DNA of 64,000 nt, from contig OZ024753.1 of assembly GCA_964016885.1 (NCBI GenBank), positions 32,488,001 to 32,552,000 on the forward strand, read 5' to 3'. Every line of letters begins with the position of its first letter. Position 1 is the stretch's first letter. This document shows positions 56,993 to 64,000 of the stretch, one piece after another. The DNA comes from Eledone cirrhosa (lineage: Eukaryota). The position numbers and the translations under genes are program-made. The notes below the pieces were generated by a model, which saw only the letters and a program-made list of their open reading frames with translations, did not search any database and was not told the origin of the DNA.

Positions 56993-59900
56993 TATATATA
57001 TATATATATAAATATATATATATATGTGGACCTGATATATGAAGATAGCATCAGGAATTCAATTATGAAAGGGATCATAGAATTGCTAATACATTTTCAG
57101 TAACAACAACCACAAAACATTACATTGACACAATCATACGATATAGTTTCTGTGAAATTGGTTTCAGGCAGAAATAGATGGTAATGAAGTGTTTTGTTTA
57201 TGGTAAACAGATTTCATTATAATTCGAAGCCGATTCACAAATGATTTCCCAGAATATAAATGTTTAATATAAACAGAATATTTAATTAATATTCTTATTC
57301 AATTAATAGTGTTTTAAGTCAATAATTTGTATTTTCTATTTTTTTGAAAAAGAAAATGTAAGTTTCAACGTTTCTATAAATATTTTCTTCCTTTTATAAT
57401 CGGTTTAATTGAATATTACGTTTCATAAAAAATATACATTTACATACTGTAACCGCACGCATATAAATATACCTCCACATATATACATATACACACATAT
57501 ATATATTTATATATATATATATGTATGTGTATGTATGTGTGCGTGTGTTTGTATGTATGTATACATTCACACATACACATAGACGTAGAATACGTGAACG
57601 ACAATATTTATACTAAGTTTGTGAAAGAGGGAGAGCAAGGAGAATTATCGAGTCTAAAAACACATTTTCATAACAAATACTGTTTATTAGTACGCAAAGA
57701 AAAATATATCAATCGTCTTCAATTAGTACAAGTATTTTGCTCTGAATCATAATATTTTGTTACCTGAGAAATTAGAAGAGATCTGACAGCTTTTTACCTC
57801 AGGATTATTCTAACTATGTTATGAGGATGAAAGGCAAAGTTCATCTCGCCGATGTTAACTCTGCTTTTCATCCTTACTGGGGTAACTGCAGGCCTTGTGC
57901 CTAAAGTAAAAACAATTATTAGTTTGTGTTTTTCAGTGAACCCCAAATATCTAACTGGTATTTATCTTACTGATCATCAAGTATAAAGAAGATCACATTC
58001 GCTCTCACAATAGAAATTGTAATCGGAATACAATATAAGAGATTGGCCGTAAAATGTTATCACTCCAGAGTCCCGTACTACCTTTGGCATTGGGCTATAA
58101 GTACTCATGGAAATCTGAAACCTGGAACGTAACATAACAAGAGATATTTCCTAGAATTATCTTTATTACTGTCATAACTTAAAGCATCGCTGTGCCAGTG
58201 ATATATGCCTAGGTAATGTAGAGTACGCTCTCTGGCGTGGTTTCGAAATTGCTAGACACATTTCTCATAATCTTAATTCAGCCGTGACGGAGAGCAGATT
58301 TTAGTTAATCGATATTCATTGCTTGCTGTTGTCCATGTGATTATAAAACCTAATTTGAATTAAATATTTCCGCCATGAAAAAAATAACAACAAACACATG
58401 AATAGATGAAGCAATTAATGACATGAAGAAGGTAGCATAGAACCAAATACATCCGACGTTTCTCGGAAACTATCCCCTCACCGAGTCAGAAGACAACAGA
58501 TATTTTTCAGAAAAGAAGGGAGAGAGAGAGGGATGGAAAGAGAAAAGAGAAAGGAATGTAGACGAAGAATCGACACTAGTACTGAAGTAGTATATTTTTA
58601 TTGTCCTCAATGTTTATTAGAAACAAAAGCGTCAGCAAATTCTTTTGAATATATATATATAGAAATACATTCTAAATAATGTGGTTTAATGGTAGCATTT
58701 TTACACGGTAAGTATGAAAGTAAGGGGTCGAGTTCCGGACGTGCTAATGTCCATTTCTTCATTTAAGAAGGCTTATACACTTCTGTATGAAAATAAAGTT
58801 TCTCATCAAACAAAACCTCTATTATATATAGAAAGAGAAATAGAGAGAAGGACAGGGATGAGAAAGTGTGTGTGTGTGTGCGTATGCGTGTGTAAATTGC
58901 CTGTGTCAGAACGAAACCGGAGTTAAGTATTTCAAATCTGTTATTAACACATGATAAACATAATCAACAATTTTCTGACCTCCCTGTACTTCCCAGCTGT
59001 TTTGTTTATCTAAACCCACACAGATAGGATAATTTTATAACAAGGAAATAGCCATATATTTCGGTTTATGTTTAACTGCTGTTTATATTAGATTTAACTC
59101 TGTTTCTAAATACCGCATGACAGCAAATGTGAAGACGACATTAACTGGTTTGATACCAAATCAGAGAAAACCATTCCTGTTTGTACAAGGGAATGTTGTT
59201 AACGTATGAGGGACGGTTGAAAGATCCATAGGGTAACTAAAATACTCACATGGTATTACCAAATGGTTTATTATTCAACACATTCCTTAGAAATAAACAA
59301 TGTAGTTATTGATAAAAGTAGATGAAATTAATGTATGCGAGATTCCACAGCGCCAGCATCACACCTTCATAATCAACTATTATCTTTATAGTTGACCGTA
59401 TTTATCTACAAATCCTCCATCATAATTGTATGAACGTTCAAGTTATGCTCCCAATATTGGAATAATAATGAAAAATTAGATATATTTATACATCACTTTA
59501 AATTCTTGATTAATTTCAAAATTTACTTAAAATCACAAGTAACGTCGTATAAGAAATAAGGTTAAGAAAGAATTAATATATTTGCTAGTGCAGGAATTTT
59601 AGTTTTCTCAGATAGACTCCAATAGACTAGAACTACAAAAAGGTATATTTTGAGATTTGTCTCCTTGTCTTGTCTTTTCATTATATTATCTATTTCAAAT
59701 AATTATTAGTTTCATCAACAAATATTTTCACAATAGTGGATGTACGTCTTTGTATATGCATATATATTTCTGTATCCCTAGTGAGCTGTCAGATACATGA
59801 CTATGTGTCGCTGGGTTGGGATAATAAGACTGGAACAAGATGGGGAGGAGATTGTCACCACCATGCAATTTAGGTCCTTTAAAATGACACGATGGACTCA

Positions 59901-60489
59901 CAGTCTACGGTGGCATACAAATGGCTAGCTGCACCAACAATGGGAATTTTGTATAGCGAACACAATGAATTTAATAAACGAAGACTAAAACTCTATTTGG
60001 ATGAACAATAATTATGTAAGACAAAGTAAGGGAGAAATCTTACTAAAGCAGAAAAAAAACAGAAAAACAAAAAAAAAAACGTGGAAGCGAAGAGGCAGTA
60101 AAAATGTTATTATTAGTTTCACGCTCATATATATATATACATGCATGCAAACATACATACATACACACACATACATACATGCCTACATACAAACAAACAA
60201 AAAATAATATTTACAATTTCGAAAATTCTCCTGTAATCTATTTGTCTTACATAAGCATTGATTACCCAAATATAGTTGTAATCTTCGTTTATTATAGTTA
60301 TTGTGCTCGCTATACGATGTATGTTACTGCTTATGTCACTATCTATTCACCCGCACATTCATGTATATCCCTCATTCAGCATTCTGCATTCAAATGGAAA
60401 TCTTAAAATCATTATATAAAGAAAAGTTATTATGTTACACACGATGGTTCAATATTGTTCAACAAGAGGAGGCAGATCATATATATATT

Positions 60490-60554
<65 letters not shown>

Positions 60555-60563
<9 letters not shown>

Positions 60564-60691
60564 GAATGTATATATATAATATATGAATGTATATATATAA
60601 TATATGAATGTATATATATAAAATATGAATGTATATATATAATATATGAATGTATATATATAAAATATGAATGTATATATATAAAATATGA

Positions 60692-60700
<9 letters not shown>
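60555..60700. repeat. 21-bp minisatellite within a TA array
   Basis: Unit tatatataatatatgaatgta. Confidence 0.85.
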
Positions 60701-60775
<75 letters not shown>

Positions 60776-60945
60776 TCATACATACATACATATATATAAT
60801 ATTATATATATGGAAAAGAATGAAACGAAATTTCATTTCTCACTCTTAGTACGGCTGATACCTAAATATAAGTATGTATACATAAGTATACATACTTATA
60901 TTATATATATATATATATATATATACATTCATACATACATATATA

Positions 60946-60992
<47 letters not shown>

Positions 60993-61039
60993 ATATATAC
61001 ATTCATACATGCACACATACATATATAATCCATATATAT

Positions 61040-61800
61040 ATCTATAATGATGGCTGCAAACTCTGCCAAGAGTATTGCAATCACTTGTCAGATTCAGATG
61101 TGGGACGCTCGGATATGGCGTTTCAAGCCTGCTAGAGACTTTCACTCTTTCACACACTGACGATAACTATGGAACTCCCTGGCTTGAGGACCTGCATCAG
61201 GTTGCCTGTGAACCCTCACAACACCGTGGAGATCATAGTTCACCAGATCTCTTTGAACATGGCTGCGACTGTGGCTCCTGAGACCAGATTTGGTCAAGCA
61301 CATTTTTCCACACTCAGGTCACTTCAATTGAATGGAGACACCGATCGTTTTGAGAGATACAACAGGGCATTGCTTATGCACATCCCTTTTGATATTCTTG
61401 TGCTCTATGCGTCTGTCCTCAAAATTAAGGACCCCACCATTCACCATTCCACGCCATGTTTCTCTTTCAAGAGCTTCTATCTCCCAGTCAGCCATCATCA
61501 AACCAGTTTTTTTTCAATGAGTCCTTTACACAATCCTTGAATCGGAGCTTTGGTTTGTGAGGTGGTCTCCTACCCTCACAAAGCTCGCCATACAAGAGTT
61601 GTTTTGGGATTCGACCATGCTCCATTCTGCAGAGGTCGCCGGTCCATCGCAAACGCCGTTGGTGGATGATGCTCTCAATGCTCCGACACTCATTTCTCTC
61701 AAGGACCTCAACATCACTCACATGCATCTGCCAGTTGATACCAAGCATCTTTCTGAGACACTGCAGGTGAAACCGTTCCAGTCTGTGGATATGCCGTTTG
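61040..61800 (-). mobile_element. RTE (BovB-like) 3' fragment with C-terminal C2H2 fingers
   Basis: LERFHLQCLRKMLGINWQ..RRLRWTG..RIPKQLLYGEL..PKLRFKD..W; PECGKMCLTKSGLRSHSRSH; frameshifts and stops present. Confidence 0.9.
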
Positions 61801-62570
61801 TATGTATATAATACTTATATACATACATATATGCATACATACATATATAGTCCATATATATAATACATATATACATACACACACATATATATATATATAA
61901 TACTTATATACATATATATATGCATATATAATACTTATATACACCTATATATATACAATAAACACACACACACACATATATATATATATTTATTACTAGA
62001 TATCAATCTGTTGGCTAAGAATCAACCGCGAGTAGAAAGCCCGCAGCACTTAGCATTATACTAGTCATTAAAATTACAATATTTGTTCATTGACAGCTAT
62101 TATGAAGCGACGTGAGAATATGTAAGGATAATAAAGTTACAATCTACTGGATTTATCGACTTATTTAAACACGTAATATATTAATATATATGATGTGATA
62201 ACGGTGAAAACATCGTTTTATATATATATATAATCATTAACACAGTAACTTTAACATCAGTCGATCGCTACAATATCGGTAAAAATATCCCTAAAGTGAC
62301 TAGTAACCGGACGGTGTGAGTTGACAGTCAACCTTATGTTAAAAGAACTCGAGCGGAATTCAAGAAGTAGAGAGTTCGTTTTGTCGCAGTAACAGCTGGC
62401 AACATGGGGTTCCAGCGTTTTCAAAATTTTTAATCGCCCTGAGAAAGGTTAATAGCCTTGAAATAGCATGTTAATATACACTGGGTAAAACATTACTTTG
62501 CTTTGTTTTATTTCATTTGTCATAATTTCTCTTCGTATTTTTCTACGCATTGGACCGGCTTAAAAAGAAC

Positions 62571-62642
<72 letters not shown>

Positions 62643-63426
62643 TTTTTGAATTCATTTTGCAACACGACCCTCTCAAAGTATAACAATATATATATTACAT
62701 TCATTCTTGTATAAATCTTAATCGTTGGACAACAAACAAGCTGATACACAGCAATGAAGATCTTAGTTTTCATACTGAGGCAAGTACTTATATCATCATG
62801 ATACTACTAATTTGAACGGTCTGTGTGATCCTACAGTTATGTAGAGGAATAAAACACGAACATTGTTTTTTTAAAAACAGGTATACGAACACATAACACA
62901 CACGTGTGTGTACGCGAGCGTGTATGTGTATTTCATAGTCACTAACACACACCAAATCCAACATGAGCGTGCAAGCCCGGGACCCCCCCTTTAGATTTTG
63001 ATTTGACATAAATAATCCGTTCTCTCTCTGGAAACTAACACATCGATTTTGAAGCATAGACAACGTTGTCAAATCAGAGAAAGAAAACGAACAAATACTC
63101 ATAGTCACGTCGGTTTCTGCCACTTGGCTCAGCTCAGACTGCACATGTACCGCAGTTACAGCAGTTGCACCGGCAAGGAGATGAGATGAGTTTCACAATA
63201 GGAATTGTATCGAATTGCGAAGCCTCTGGGGTTATTACTGCTCTTACATACATATATACATAGACGATTTATTATCTAAACCTTTTATCTTTGCACAAGA
63301 GATCTAACATCCAAGAGATCTAACATCCAAGAGAAATGAAAGAAAATAGACATGAAAGAAAAAAGTTGGTCACACAATTTAATACGTATGCGGCTTTGTC
63401 TGCATCTCCCTCTCTGTCTGTCTCTC

Positions 63427-63492
<66 letters not shown>

Positions 63493-63949
63493 TGTGTGTG
63501 TGTGTGTATGTGTGTGTATGACTAGTATTCTGTAGCATCATATATCTATGAAGTATTTTGTCAGAGGTAGTGATACAGTTGATGACTTGGGTAAGAAATA
63601 TAAATATACAACCCTGTTTATTACTATAAACAACGTCATATATTTTTTCTTTGTTTACCCAAGTGATAAAACTGTATATGATGTTTGAAACGTACGATGT
63701 TTCAAATATCATATATATCATGTGAGAAACTGAATAATTAAAATTATGTATATATACTCTAATTAATGGAATTAATATACATATATTGTGTTAGTGTGTT
63801 TGATAAAATAGTCAAACCCTGTTCGTTAAGTATTAAATGCACGCTATTAAATCTTGCAATACGTGATGAAAAGGGCCAGTTAGACCAGGATACAGAGATA
63901 CAGTGAGCGTGGCATGTAAGAAGGAGATGCTAGCTGGTTTAATACATAC

Positions 63950-63981
<32 letters not shown>

Positions 63982-64000
63982 GTGTGTGTGTGTAAAAGGT

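Overview
AT-rich, repeat-dense animal genomic DNA. The repeat types suggest an octopus or other cephalopod, but this is inference. There is no recognisable host protein gene; the many YIYI/VCVC ORFs are translated microsatellites. The window holds large (TA)n arrays, a near-full-length RTE LINE (6226-9498, -) with an inverted 3' partner copy, older RTE fragments, three Penelope-like element (PLE) GIY-YIG fragments, tRNA-derived SINEs, a Tc1/mariner-type MITE and minisatellites. The main hidden signal is that many short unique islands inside the (TA)n arrays carry minimal type-I hammerhead ribozyme (HHR) folds. By eye there are 8 with an intact CUGANGA/GAAA/UH core, 5 core variants and 3 half-motifs, from about 8 unrelated families. 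Many of these islands are foldback palindromes or carry an inverted copy of their own 3' end. This looks like a community of TA-associated, ribozyme-bearing PLE/retrozyme-like elements with systematic inversion. All folds and coordinates were read manually.
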